This document shows positions 19,414 to 29,800 of a stretch of 64,000 nt of DNA, piece by piece. The notes beneath the pieces were generated by a model that did no database searches, had not been told where the DNA came from, and saw only the letters and a list, made by a program, of their open reading frames with translations. Both the position numbers and the translations under genes were made by a program. Source of the DNA: a virus. Taxonomy: Duplodnaviria; Caudoviricetes. The stretch covers positions 32,001-96,000 of IMG/VR virus record IMGVR_UViG_3300012344_000001; one strand, written 5' to 3'. Position 1 is the first letter of the stretch. Each line of letters begins with the position of its first letter.

Positions 19414-19642
19414 GCCCTTTTCGCAAATGTTCACAAAATGTTTACAATTACAAATCGCGCAGAAAAGAAAGAAAAAAGAAACAAAGAAAACTGATGTTCC
19501 CCCCTATAACCCCCTTCTTAGTAAAGAAATAAATAAAAAAGAAAGAAAAGAATATAACAGGGAATATTTATATACTTCGTTATTGTTCAAGAATAATAAA
19601 TTATTCTTTCTCAATAACTTCGTATATAAATATATATTATAT

Positions 19643-19671
19643 ATTATAGCAAACAGCAAACGATTTGTCAA
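19643..19671 (-). promoter_or_regulatory. sigmaA promoter (tandem with 19385)
   Basis: TTGACA-17-TATAAT. Confidence 0.75.
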
Positions 19672-19710
19672 GTCTTTCAAAATGTTCACAAAATGTTTAC
19701 AATTTACCTA

Positions 19711-19739
19711 TTGACAAATCGAGAAAAATGTGTTATAAT
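19711..19739 (+). promoter_or_regulatory. sigmaA promoter for the rightward operon
   Basis: TTGACA-17-TATAAT with TG. Confidence 0.85.
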
Positions 19740-19754
19740 ACGCACATAAAGGTG

Positions 19755-20291
19755 GTGATAGAACTGAAAGTTATCGTGATTAGCGGAAAGGCTGGAAGCG
19801 GCAAAAACTTCGTTGCAGACGTGATGCGGCACAAACTTGAGGACGATGGGCATCATGTTCTTACTGTTGCTTTTGGCGACTATGTTAAGTTCCTTTGTAA
19901 AACCTATTTCGACTGGAACGGCGAAAAGGATGAAAAGGGAAGAACGCTTCTACAGCACATTGGGACAGGTGTTTTTCGGCAGTATGACGAGGATTACTTT
20001 GCAAATCGCGTTGTAGACTTAATCAAGGCTGTGGATATCTGGGACTACGTTATCATACCAGACTTGCGGTTTGAAAATGAACTTCATGTAATTCACAGCA
20101 ACTTCGATGCTGTTGCCGTTCGTGTAGAACGCGAAGGTTTCGAGAACGGTCTTACAGCTACACAGAAGTTGAATCAGTCAGAAACCGAACTTGATAATCA
20201 TCCGGGCTTTGACTACACTATCAACACTAATGATGCTGCTGAAAAGAAGCGGCAAGCACTTATGATTCTGGAGGAAATTGTAAATGGCTAA
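19755..20291 (+). CDS. deoxynucleoside monophosphate kinase
   Basis: ISGKAGSGKN P-loop, RTLLQHIGT, IPDLRFENE, SETELD. Confidence 0.85.
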   Translation: MIELKVIVISGKAGSGKNFVADVMRHKLEDDGHHVLTVAFGDYVKFLCKTYFDWNGEKDEKGRTLLQHIGTGVFRQYDEDYFANRVVDLIKAVDIWDYVIIPDLRFENELHVIHSNFDAVAVRVEREGFENGLTATQKLNQSETELDNHPGFDYTINTNDAAEKKRQALMILEEIVNG

Positions 20292-20550
20292 TAAGAAAAC
20301 AACTACTGCTGCTGTCGACGCGTCTCCCGAGATTGCGAACGACATTCCCACGCCGACCTATCACAAGGTAGAAGAAAAGATTCCTTCTAAGCTGTGGTAC
20401 TGCGTGGAAGACGCTACTGGTATTGGAACTATGGCGCTGAATCTTCCTTCTGGCTGTCTGATTATGGCTGTTGTTGACAAGAACCAGCCGGCACTTCAGT
20501 ACATTCCGGGAATCCACTACGATGAAACAAACAAGCGATTTTCCGTATAA
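20284..20550 (+). CDS. hypothetical protein
   Basis: 88 aa ORF with GGAGG SD. Confidence 0.6.
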   Translation: MANKKTTTAAVDASPEIANDIPTPTYHKVEEKIPSKLWYCVEDATGIGTMALNLPSGCLIMAVVDKNQPALQYIPGIHYDETNKRFSV

Positions 20551-21235
20551 CCCATACGGACGACAAAAGGCTATCATTCTTGGCACTTCTGATGATGGAC
20601 GCGTGTTACTGAAGGTAGACGACCTTTCACTTATTGACAAATGCAAATCGGTCTTCATATCACCAAACGACACGCGTCAAATCACAGCAAACCAACGAAG
20701 AATGGTATGGGCGTTAATCGGCTATATAGCGGAATGGCAGGGTGAATCTAAGGCATCTGCAATGAAGACAATGGTTAATGAAGCCATGAAGTATGACTTC
20801 CTTTCGTTGGCAGGTGAAGATATCGGAGAATCATTCTCGTTGTCGAATGCGCCAATGTCGCTTGTATGCGAGTATCAAAAGTTTTTAATTGACTTCATTA
20901 TCGAAAACGACATTCAGACGGACAGACCGCTTTACGAATACGTTGATGACAACGACCGCTACGTATACAGTTGCCTTGTGAAGCAACGCTGCTGCATCTG
21001 CGGGCTGAAGTCGGATTTACATCACTGCAACATTGACGGTTCGCGTGTAGGCATGGGACGCGATAGAAGGGCGATTATACATGAAGGGCTGTCCGTTCTT
21101 CCACTTTGCCGCGAACACCACAACGAAATACATACCATGCCAGAAAACGAATTTTTCGCAAAATACCACATCAGTCCAATAAAGTTAGACAAAAATCTAT
21201 GCAGGAGGTACGGTTTGCACACCTATGCTGAATGA
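20522..21235 (+). CDS. putative HNH-like nuclease (DUF968/HNHc_6-like)
   Basis: CCICG..SDLHH...VGMGRDR...LPLCREHHNEIH. Confidence 0.75.
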   Translation: MKQTSDFPYNPYGRQKAIILGTSDDGRVLLKVDDLSLIDKCKSVFISPNDTRQITANQRRMVWALIGYIAEWQGESKASAMKTMVNEAMKYDFLSLAGEDIGESFSLSNAPMSLVCEYQKFLIDFIIENDIQTDRPLYEYVDDNDRYVYSCLVKQRCCICGLKSDLHHCNIDGSRVGMGRDRRAIIHEGLSVLPLCREHHNEIHTMPENEFFAKYHISPIKLDKNLCRRYGLHTYAE

Positions 21236-21432
21236 TGCACACTATCAGATTTTTTGACGACGGCGGCATCTTCTTAGAAGAATTCGCCTACAACAACGTG
21301 ATTGTTCCACATCTTGGTTCCGACGTTGTTGTGAATGATATGCGATACTTCGTCACAGATGTCCTTATTACTTACGAAGGAGACCAGCAGTGCGTTGACG
21401 TTACTGTTGAACGAATCAATGAATTGGATTAA
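21232..21432 (+). CDS. hypothetical protein
   Basis: 66 aa, coupled to neighbours. Confidence 0.5.
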   Translation: MMHTIRFFDDGGIFLEEFAYNNVIVPHLGSDVVVNDMRYFVTDVLITYEGDQQCVDVTVERINELD

Positions 21433-21640
21433 AACCGAAGACCGCCTACCGAATGAAGGCGAAAAGGTCTGCGTAATGACCTATGACGCAAACGGCTTCA
21501 ATGCAACCTTTGTTGGCGGCAACTTTATTGCAGACGGCACCAACGAATCCGTCAAGCCAGACGGCGTGGCTTATTGGTGCGTTGGCGAAAACTTTAACGC
21601 GCAGATTAAGAAGAAGTGCGGAATGTGCGGGAGGATTTAA
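21419..21640 (+). CDS. DUF551-like protein
   Basis: MNWIKTEDRLP...VAYW. Confidence 0.65.
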   Translation: MNWIKTEDRLPNEGEKVCVMTYDANGFNATFVGGNFIADGTNESVKPDGVAYWCVGENFNAQIKKKCGMCGRI

Positions 21641-21642
21641 CT

Positions 21643-22266
21643 ATGCTTGACGATATTGTGATTGACCTTAGCGGAATTGAGGGGCTGTTCGATAAGCACC
21701 TACCCGACCCCGACCTGCTTGAGTTTTATCGCAACTGCAACGACCGAATCGTTATCTGGAATAACGGAATCGACGATTCGTTCTGTAGCATTGGTTATCA
21801 GATTATGCGTTACAACATGGAAGACAAGGGCAAGCCGGTCGAAGACCGCATTCCCATCAAGCTGTTCATCAACAGCAACGGTGGTGAAATTGACGCAACC
21901 TTCTACGTCATGGACATCATCGCGGCTTCTAAGACGCCGGTCTACACGATTGGCATGAGCCGCTGCTATAGCGCAGGCGGACTGATTCTTATGGGCGGGC
22001 ACAAACGCTTCATCTTCAAGAACACGAAGTTCCTGCTTCATGACGGCGCAGTTGGCGACGTAAATTCGATGGGTAAGTTCTCTGACCACGCGGACTTCGT
22101 CAAGGAAAGCGAAAAGCGCATGATGGCTTACGTCACCAGCCACACCAACATCACCGAAAAGGAATATTCCGACAACTACCGTCGCGACTGGTATATGTTC
22201 GCCGATGAAATCATTGCGCGTGGCGTCGCCGACAAAATTATCGAAAGCGTGGACGAAATCATCTAA
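21643..22266 (+). CDS. clpP: ClpP-like serine protease subunit
   Basis: PIKLFINSNGG, catalytic S (CYSAG), H (LLHDG), RDWYM. Confidence 0.85.
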   Translation: MLDDIVIDLSGIEGLFDKHLPDPDLLEFYRNCNDRIVIWNNGIDDSFCSIGYQIMRYNMEDKGKPVEDRIPIKLFINSNGGEIDATFYVMDIIAASKTPVYTIGMSRCYSAGGLILMGGHKRFIFKNTKFLLHDGAVGDVNSMGKFSDHADFVKESEKRMMAYVTSHTNITEKEYSDNYRRDWYMFADEIIARGVADKIIESVDEII

Positions 22267-22277
22267 GGAGACTGGTT

Positions 22278-22985
22278 ATGGCGGCAAGAAAGACACCTAC
22301 AATGCAAGTTCACAAAAAGGACTGCCCTGAAACTTTGAAAGACCACCCCTTCTACGGAATGGTCTTAGACGAAGAACAGGAGGCCTTTCGTGACGCGATT
22401 TGGGACAAAGACAAATTGATTGTCTTCTGTAATTCAAAGGCGGGAACCGGCAAGTCGACCGTGGCGGTTGGTACAGCCAACCTTTTGTATGAATACGGTC
22501 GCTACGATGGCATTATCGTCGTCATGTTTCCCTGTGAAGAAAATCGCCAAGGTTATCTTCCCGGGTCAATTACCGAAAAGTCTGAAGTGTACTTTGAACC
22601 AATCAATCAGGCAATTATCAAGTGCAACCTTGACCCGATGCACGTCGTGAATGACGAAAGCCTTGTGAACCTAAAGAACGGCGACGGTTACATCAAGCTT
22701 CTGACAAGCACATTCCTTCGCGGCACCAACTTTGAAAACAAGGTGGTTATCGTCGAGGAGTCGCAAAACGGGACGGTTGACGAATTAAAGAAAGTCCTTA
22801 CGCGTTGTGCAGACACCTGCAAGGTGGTCGTCATTGGACACACGGGGCAGTGCGACCTGCGCGGTAGCACCAGAAGCGGGTTCGCGCAGTACATCGACCA
22901 TTTCAAGGGCGAAGACAAGGCGGCGATTTGCGAACTGAAGACTAATCATCGCGGCTGGATTTCGACCAAAGCTGACGAAATCTGA
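22278..22985 (+). CDS. phoH: PhoH-like ATPase
   Basis: KAGTGKS, GYLPGS, FLRGTNF, IVEESQN, LTR, GHTGQCD. Confidence 0.9.
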   Translation: MAARKTPTMQVHKKDCPETLKDHPFYGMVLDEEQEAFRDAIWDKDKLIVFCNSKAGTGKSTVAVGTANLLYEYGRYDGIIVVMFPCEENRQGYLPGSITEKSEVYFEPINQAIIKCNLDPMHVVNDESLVNLKNGDGYIKLLTSTFLRGTNFENKVVIVEESQNGTVDELKKVLTRCADTCKVVVIGHTGQCDLRGSTRSGFAQYIDHFKGEDKAAICELKTNHRGWISTKADEI

Positions 22986-22991
22986 AAAGAC

Positions 22992-23020
22992 TTGACAAAA
23001 TGCAAAAAGCGTGCTATGAT
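22992..23020 (+). promoter_or_regulatory. sigmaA promoter
   Basis: TTGACA-17-TATGAT. Confidence 0.7.
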
Positions 23021-23402
23021 ATAAGCACGATAGGGAAAGGGGCTGGCAACAGCCCCGCCCAATAAAAATGAAACGAGGAAATAAAAATGATTGAACTTAT
23101 CTTCTGCCTGCTTATCAATGCTATCTTCTTCCCGAACGGCTACAACGATTCGCAGTCGCGCGCGGCAAGCTACGGCGCCTACTGCGGCGCTAAGAAGGCC
23201 ATTCGTCGCAGTTGCCGTTGAACGGGAGGTGTGAACATGGGAATGATTTTAGTTTTCATCATTGTTCCGATTCTGCTGTTCCGCGAAATCGACAAACAAC
23301 AGCAGGTTGACGAAACCATCTTGAAGGCGCGCATGGCAGACGAAGAATTCAGAAAGCGCCTTCGCACAGAAGGCAAAACTCTGCTTTAAGGAGGATTCGC
23401 GC

Positions 23403-23993
23403 ATGTGGCTTATTACAAATGGCGCGGGCTACATACTACAAGACGAACGCGGCGTTTCGACCGTGGCTAATCCCGAGTTGGCACTCAAGTTTTCGGAACG
23501 GAGCAAAGCCGAGAACTTCTACGCCAATTTGTCGAAGTCGTTCAAGAACATCGGCTACGCAGTTCAGGAGGCTACTGACCGCGAACGCTACAGCGACATC
23601 AACTTTGACGAATATCTCGACGAGGGCTGCTTGGACAACATCAAGTCGGACATCGCGGGCATTCAAACGCTACTTCGCAAGGTGCTGCGTATGCGTGAAC
23701 ATGCACAGTCGGAACTGGCAAAGGCAGACGCGGCGCTACTCGACATCGAACACGCGGCGGAGTTCTATTCGCTGAATGCGGCACAGGGCTATCGCCTTTA
23801 TCGGATGCTGCACGAAACGCGTCTGGAACGCAGACGTCGCAAAGACCAAATCGCGGTCTGCAATATCATTATCGACAGCGGCTTCGACGGGCTTCTGGAT
23901 GGGACGACGCTGAAACGAATCGCAGGCATGGACAGCCGCGAATATAAGCCGCGCATACTTCAGGAACTGTTCACGGAGGAAAGAAATGTCTGA
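23403..23993 (+). CDS. hypothetical coiled-coil phage protein
   Basis: 196 aa, AGGAGG SD, DIEHAAEF..LNAAQGY..Y...R..RR. Confidence 0.65.
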   Translation: MWLITNGAGYILQDERGVSTVANPELALKFSERSKAENFYANLSKSFKNIGYAVQEATDRERYSDINFDEYLDEGCLDNIKSDIAGIQTLLRKVLRMREHAQSELAKADAALLDIEHAAEFYSLNAAQGYRLYRMLHETRLERRRRKDQIAVCNIIIDSGFDGLLDGTTLKRIAGMDSREYKPRILQELFTEERNV

Positions 23994-25002
23994 CGCCGTA
24001 TACCAAAACCACCCCATATCAACAGAAGTCGCGGTGGTACTTCAAAATCAAACACTTGAAGAAAAAGAATTCATGTCGTTCGAAAAGATACTCGAATGGT
24101 ATCGCGCATGGGGGGGGGCGTTGCTATGTGTCTTTCAGCGGCGGCAAAGATTCGACCGTGCTCGCCTACTTGGTTGCAGACACGCTTACCGAAATCGGCG
24201 CGACCTGCCCGCTACACTTGGCGTTCTGCGACACGGGTCTTGAATATCCCGAAAACCGCGAATTCGTGCGCTACTACGCCGACTGGCTGAAAGATCGTTT
24301 CACAACAATCAGCATCGAACTGCACATCCTTAAGCCCGAAATGAATTTCAAACAGGTCGTCACGCATTACGGCTATCCAGTCATCAGCAAGGAAGTTGCG
24401 CACCTTATCAAAGACGCGCGAAGCTGTCCGGGCGGCAAGTGCTATCAACGCCTTTTCGACAATAACAATACATCAATGATAGACTGGCGCAAATATGCCT
24501 ACCTGCTTGACGCGCCGTTCAAGATTAGCCACCAGTGTTGCGACGTCATGAAGAAGCGTCCTTCAAAACGCTTCGAAAAAGAAACGGTCTACATCCCATT
24601 GTCGGAACGATGGCTTGCGAAAGCGTGATGCGCAAACAGAAGTGGAAGCGCGAAGGCTGCAACGCCTTCGAAGGGAAACGCCCAATATCTTCGCCAATGT
24701 CGTTTTGGAACGAACAGGATGTGCTAACGTTCATTCGCAAGTACAACATCCCAATCAGCGCCGCCTATGGTGACGTGGTTGAAGAAGACGGCAAGCTTCG
24801 CACCACCGGCGCGGATAGGACGGGCTGCATGTTCTGCGCATTCGGCGCTACGAAGGACGACCGCTTCTGCCGACTGGCGCACACGCACCCGACGCAGTTT
24901 GCTTGGATGATGAAGCCGGTGGAACAGGGCGGGCTTGGAATGAAAGCGGTTCTTGACTATATAGGCGCGAAATATGAAGAAAGTGACGGGGACGGACACT
25001 AA
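23986..25002 (+). pseudogene. PAPS reductase-family protein with two frameshifts
   Basis: VSFSGGKDS, DTGLEYPE, CCDVMKK, RTGCMFC distributed over three frame segments; shifts at G9 run 24110-24118 and near 24586. Confidence 0.8.
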
Positions 25003-25344
25003 AACCCGCCCCCCCTACGGCGATGAAGATTATCATTGGGAAGTTTGACGAAGCTGGCGAACCGGTCTGGTTCGAAGTGGAAACGGATGTTTGGAAGGAC
25101 AAAGAAGGACGGTGGAAGGAATTTGAAGTATTACAAGAAGTCTGAACTGGTTGTTGCGCATCGTTGCGACACGTATAATGGCGTCGATGAAAACGGTGGT
25201 CGTTGATGGATGTGTTGTGAAATATGGCGACTTTATCGTTATGAAAGAATTCGGAACAGACTTTCGTACAGGATGGTCTAAGTGGAATAATTGGAATGGC
25301 ATGTGAAAATTAGCCCAGTGTGTGAAAAAAATTACCCCTACCCT

Positions 25345-25373
25345 TCAAACGTACCAAACGTACCAAACATTCC
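25345..25373 (+). repeat. 9-bp tandem repeat CAAACRTWC x3
   Basis: caaacgtac caaacgtac caaacattc. Confidence 0.7.
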
Positions 25374-25502
25374 ATAACCGCCCCCTGCATAAAAATACAC
25401 GCGCCATGCATATACACGGCGCGTGCATAATTATTCAGCCGTCGAGCTTGTGCAAAATGCACATAACGCCATAGGCAAAGCCCGCCGAAATGATCCACAC
25501 CA

Positions 25503-25829
25503 TCATAATACCACCTCGGGAAACGTTGCGCTAAAATGCGCTTGCAAGCGTTGCCAAAGTTCCGCGCCGTCATCGTGACGGCGGATAAACAGCGCGAACA
25601 AAAGCGGAACGGCGCGATACTGTGCCATGCGATAAGCTACCACATCAAGCGGCTTGCTTCGCGCCGTGATGGTCACGCCGTCACGCGTTGCCGTCAGCGT
25701 TTGCCCCGCTTTGCCTTGCGTCATCTGGAACCAATCAAAAATAATGCGACTTGCAATTAACTGTTGTTCTTTGACGGTCAGCGCGGGCATTAAAGCCCGC
25801 GCCGCCGTTTTAACCGTGCTACAATCCAT
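25503..25829 (-). CDS. hypothetical protein
   Basis: MDCSTVKTAARAL ORF downstream of the DUF262-like gene. Confidence 0.45.
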   Translation of the reverse strand: MDCSTVKTAARALMPALTVKEQQLIASRIIFDWFQMTQGKAGQTLTATRDGVTITARSKPLDVVAYRMAQYRAVPLLFALFIRRHDDGAELWQRLQAHFSATFPEVVL

Positions 25830-25846
25830 TTTGCACCGTCCCCGCG

Positions 25847-27007
25847 TTACATACCTAACGCCGCTGCAAGTGCGCTTGTATCGCATCCTAACGCCTTTTC
25901 CGTGGCATTGTCGCTTGCCTTTGTCGCGGCATCCTTTTCAGCGTCCGCGAAAATGTCGCGGTTATAATCGCCTTCGCCGTCAAGAAAATATTTGACAGCG
26001 TCAAAGCGTCGCGCCGTATCAATCAGCGAACCGGACGAACCCGCACCAGTGGGAATTGCGACCGCCTTTTTCAAGCGTCCTTTGCCATCTTCGCGGCTCG
26101 GCTGATAGGTACCGCCTTTAGTCCAGACAAGCGCATCTGCAAATAGCGCAATAACATCCATCGCGTCATAGTCATCGGCGACCGCTTGCACAAGGCTAAT
26201 GAAATTGTTTTTCTTGCGAACCGTGCCGAGCGCACGCCGTGCCGCCTTTGCGCGTGCCTTTGCGACCTTTGCCGCCGTCTTTTCATCCGCGAAAACTTCC
26301 GCGCCATCAATGCCATGCGTGCCATCCTTTGCGATATCGTCAAGCACTAACAACGCCGCCGCGATACGGTCAAGAACGTTTAACGCCTTTGCCTTTGCTT
26401 CATCATCGACCGCTTCGGCGTTGTCCTTGAGCCATTTTTCTGTTGCCTTGGTGGATGATTCGACAAACGACCAACCCGCGCAAATCGCAAGCGCAGATGC
26501 CGCAAACGCGGCTTTTTCCGTTCTGCCGTTCTGAATGGCTGACCATGGAATAAGGTTGAGCGCGTTATGTTCCGCACACGCAAGCAACGCCCTACCCGCT
26601 ACGCCGTCAAGACTAACCGCCGTCACAAGCGCGCTACCAACGGGACATCCGATATTCAGCACGCGAAACGCATCTTCGCCCGTGCGCCCGTTGTCAACCG
26701 CCGTTATAATCGGCGTATCTTTCGGCATCGTGCCATTTGCGACCGCATCGCGGATACTACGCCCGCGCTGTTGACCGTCAATAATAACAAGCCGCTTTTC
26801 GCCCGTTTCGGGGTCAACTTCGACCGCAAACACGATAGGCGGCACATACAAGCCGCTCAGGATGTCCGCTACAAGCGCATCGCGCTTTTCCTGTGACCAT
26901 TGATCACACCCGCGGATGGATTGATAGATGGGCAAACTGTCCATTGCTTTTGCGACCATTTCCGCGCTATTGACTTCGATTGTAAAATTCTTGTTTTCAA
27001 TTTTCAT
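25847..27007 (-). CDS. DUF262/ParB-like N-terminal domain protein
   Basis: QWSQEKRDALVADILSGLYVPPIVF...IIDGQQR. Confidence 0.75.
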   Translation of the reverse strand: MKIENKNFTIEVNSAEMVAKAMDSLPIYQSIRGCDQWSQEKRDALVADILSGLYVPPIVFAVEVDPETGEKRLVIIDGQQRGRSIRDAVANGTMPKDTPIITAVDNGRTGEDAFRVLNIGCPVGSALVTAVSLDGVAGRALLACAEHNALNLIPWSAIQNGRTEKAAFAASALAICAGWSFVESSTKATEKWLKDNAEAVDDEAKAKALNVLDRIAAALLVLDDIAKDGTHGIDGAEVFADEKTAAKVAKARAKAARRALGTVRKKNNFISLVQAVADDYDAMDVIALFADALVWTKGGTYQPSREDGKGRLKKAVAIPTGAGSSGSLIDTARRFDAVKYFLDGEGDYNRDIFADAEKDAATKASDNATEKALGCDTSALAAALGM

Positions 27008-27420
27008 TTTTTTTGTTCCCCTTTTCAATTTTAATTTTTAATTGTTTCACGTGAAACATTTTTTGTTGCCCTTGCCTATTTCCTCCGATGCAAGTACTTG
27101 ACGCGCGTCATGCACATTTAACCGCGCTTGCATCGGATTCTGCGAGGATTCAGTTTTCAAGGTTCACGCGCCTGACCTACGCACGGCACTTTACTTGACT
27201 AAAGCACCCTATCATTCAGCCGTCCCCTTCCTGTTCGGCTACGCCGATTTTACCATACCAATTATGAACAAGTCATGAACAAACTGTGAACAAATTGTGA
27301 ACATTTTCAAGCGTGGAAAAACCGCGCTATATACATTATATATATAAAACGTCCCGCACGCCGCGCTTGCCATGTCCAGCGTTGCTATTAAAAAAACTAA
27401 TCGTTTTCCCTTATGCTATT

Positions 27421-27449
27421 ATTATATCGCATCCATGTAGTTTTGTCAA
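27421..27449 (-). promoter_or_regulatory. sigmaA promoter
   Basis: TTGACA-17-TATAAT. Confidence 0.75.
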
Positions 27450-27499
27450 GCATTTCAGGAATCGTTCACTTTTCCGAATATGACGGATTGCACAAATAC

Positions 27500-27562
27500 C
27501 AAACGTATGGTACATTCCGAATGTTCCGAATGTCCGGCACGTTCCAAACGTTCCAAACATTC
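27500..27562 (+). repeat. degenerate 9-bp tandem repeat (about 7 units) related to the 25345 array
   Basis: caaacgtat ggtacattc cgaatgttc cgaatgtcc ggcacgttc caaacgttc caaacattc. Confidence 0.7.
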
Positions 27563-27895
27563 CAGACAACCCCGATGCCTGGTTTTTTCCGCCGCCGTCC
27601 CTATATTCCAGCGCCAAAAAGTTGACCATCGGCGCTATATTGCGTCTGCGAAAAGTTGACAGCAGCAGAAGAAGGAACATTGTTGCCGCCGCGAAGCAAG
27701 GCAACATACATATTATATATATAATGTATAGTTACCGTTCGGGGCGAATCAGTTCAGCCCAGAAGCAAGCGAAGGCGCAGCCAAACAGGAACACCACAAG
27801 CCAAATCACAGGGTCATTCGTGGGCGCAACACGCAATACCCAGCCGCCCGCAAATGCGCTTAGAAGCGCGCCTAACGCACACAACACACGCACCA

Positions 27896-28195
27896 TTACA
27901 GGTTACCTCCAGCCAGCTCGAACGCCGTTGTGGGGCGTTCCTGCGCCTTGTAGACGCCTTCTACGACGTCTAACATATACAGATAGCGGTCACCAGCAGC
28001 AGTTTCGGCATAGCCGTGTTCAATCAGCACACGGTCGTGCGCACATTCAGCAAGGTCTTGCGGAACACACTTCCACCAGCCGACAATCTTCACATCAAGT
28101 GTGCCAGCAGCATTGGTACGAATGGTGAACCCAGCGTGAAGCAGGTTCAGGGCAAGAACGTCAATCGGGTTCTTATCAGCAGCATTGTAAATCAT
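27896..28195 (-). CDS. hypothetical protein
   Basis: MIYNAADK... with AGGAG SD. Confidence 0.55.
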   Translation of the reverse strand: MIYNAADKNPIDVLALNLLHAGFTIRTNAAGTLDVKIVGWWKCVPQDLAECAHDRVLIEHGYAETAAGDRYLYMLDVVEGVYKAQERPTTAFELAGGNL

Positions 28196-28232
28196 ATTAG
28201 CACTCCTTATATATATAATGTATATCACCGCG

Positions 28233-28442
28233 TTAACTGCGATATGTATTCGGCTTGAACTGGTAGCTACGATGATGTTCAAACACTACCTTGCCATTGG
28301 TCATGTCCAGCACTTCGCAGTAGGTTACACCCTTCTGCTTTATAATGCTGGCGGCAATACACTTTGCCATCACGTCGCCGTAGTATTCGCTTGTTGTTGT
28401 TTGTCCGTCTTGGTAGACGGTCAGCAGCCTATAACGCTTCAT
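28233..28442 (-). CDS. hypothetical protein
   Basis: 69 aa with AAGGAG SD. Confidence 0.55.
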   Translation of the reverse strand: MKRYRLLTVYQDGQTTTSEYYGDVMAKCIAASIIKQKGVTYCEVLDMTNGKVVFEHHRSYQFKPNTYRS

Positions 28443-28599
28443 ATTGCACTCCTTCTGTTGGGAAGAATCTTTGTTCCGTTAGGAATAAATGGTTCTTTCC
28501 AACCATTTTGTCAACCAACAGTTGCATTTCACCAGAAGAAGAAGTATTTCCCCTTCGTTAGTATTATAGTAGCATATTTATCATAATTTGTCAAGAAAA

Positions 28600-29092
28600 T
28601 TATAGATTTATTGTAGATTTTCTATAATTACAGGGAAAAATCATAAATATTTCATCTTTTTTTCAAGACCCATAGATTTTCCCATAGATTTTTCACCAAC
28701 ATTCCAACCTACTACGATTGTCGTAGAAAATCCCTATAGATTATTTCCCTTTATATTTCACCCATAGATTATTCTGTCAAATTCTTCTATTGTTGTCTTT
28801 CCCCGCAACGATTTTTCAATTCCCGCCAACAACGTCTGGAAGTCCGTCATAATCTACTTGCCAGCGAAAATCAATCCACCGCCAACACCCTAATTGAATC
28901 ATTCAACCCTATTAAAGTATAGCATAGAATCATTCTGTTAAGAATGATTGTATGCCAACAGTAAGTTACTACCTGAATAATTCCACACTATACAAAAGTA
29001 CATAAAAGTAGATAAAAGTATAGCCTTGAATCATTCGGGTAGGTACACCCCGAATGATTCGGGTAGCACCTACTTGAATTATTCGGGTAGGG
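28600..29092. repeat. iteron-like repeats, candidate replication origin or operator array
   Basis: (CC)ATAGATT x6 at 28601-28770; palindrome GAATnATTC at 28896, 28927, 28975, 29028, 29052, 29076 (last three 24 bp apart, each followed by GGGTAG). Confidence 0.6.
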
Positions 29093-29093
29093 A

Positions 29094-29768
29094 TTATCCA
29101 AAATCATCAAATAAATGCTTGTATTTTGCGTACTTGCCGTCCTTGTTTAAGCGGTCAAGTTCATCATACATCGCTATTGTTGTTCTTTGTCCTTTTAGGC
29201 GGTTATGTAATTCATTCATCAACAATTCGACTTCTTCATCGTTCAATTTCCTGATGATTGCTTTCTTTTCGTCTATATTTCGCGCGCCAATATATTCATC
29301 AACGGGAATCTTGGGCTTAAATGAATCAAGATATTTTTCACGTTCTTCTTTGAAGTTCGGATATAGATTCTTTGGATTTTTTAGCTTGCCGCTTTTTAAT
29401 TCCACGTCGTTTATAATATATACGCTTGGTCTGACAGTCCCCTTCTTGACATCTTTCCCGCCTTTTTGTAGGCACGTTAAATAGCCAGCGATAGAAAGCA
29501 TATCAAGACAGTTGCCGATCGTATCTTCGCCGATGCCAGTTTCGCGAGAAAGTAGGTTGTGCGTTATTGTTGATGTTTTTTGTTGGTTGTTTCTGTGCGC
29601 GACCGTCATGATATAGACTAAGGCGCACGTTGCGCTATATTCATTTGAAATACGCCTGACCGCATTAAGCGCAGGACGCGCTTCACCAGAATTAAATCCG
29701 GTGTGGTCGATTTCATCAAACTTCTTATACTTTTCGCCATACTCGTAACGAAACTTTCCTATTGCCAT
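29094..29768 (-). CDS. winged-HTH protein, replication initiator- or regulator-like
   Basis: ITHNLLSRETGIGEDTIGNCLDMLSIAGYL. Confidence 0.55.
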   Translation of the reverse strand: MAIGKFRYEYGEKYKKFDEIDHTGFNSGEARPALNAVRRISNEYSATCALVYIMTVAHRNNQQKTSTITHNLLSRETGIGEDTIGNCLDMLSIAGYLTCLQKGGKDVKKGTVRPSVYIINDVELKSGKLKNPKNLYPNFKEEREKYLDSFKPKIPVDEYIGARNIDEKKAIIRKLNDEEVELLMNELHNRLKGQRTTIAMYDELDRLNKDGKYAKYKHLFDDFG

Positions 29769-29800
29769 AATAAAAACCTCATTTCAAGAAATATATAACA

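Noticed and set aside
27411-28128. ORFs 27411-27707, 27413-27625 and 27622-28128
   Set aside because: They arise from tandem repeats or antisense overlap and lack SDs.
29026-29092. possible mini CRISPR array
   Set aside because: Units are 15 bp with 9-bp gaps, far too short for repeats and spacers; no cas genes.
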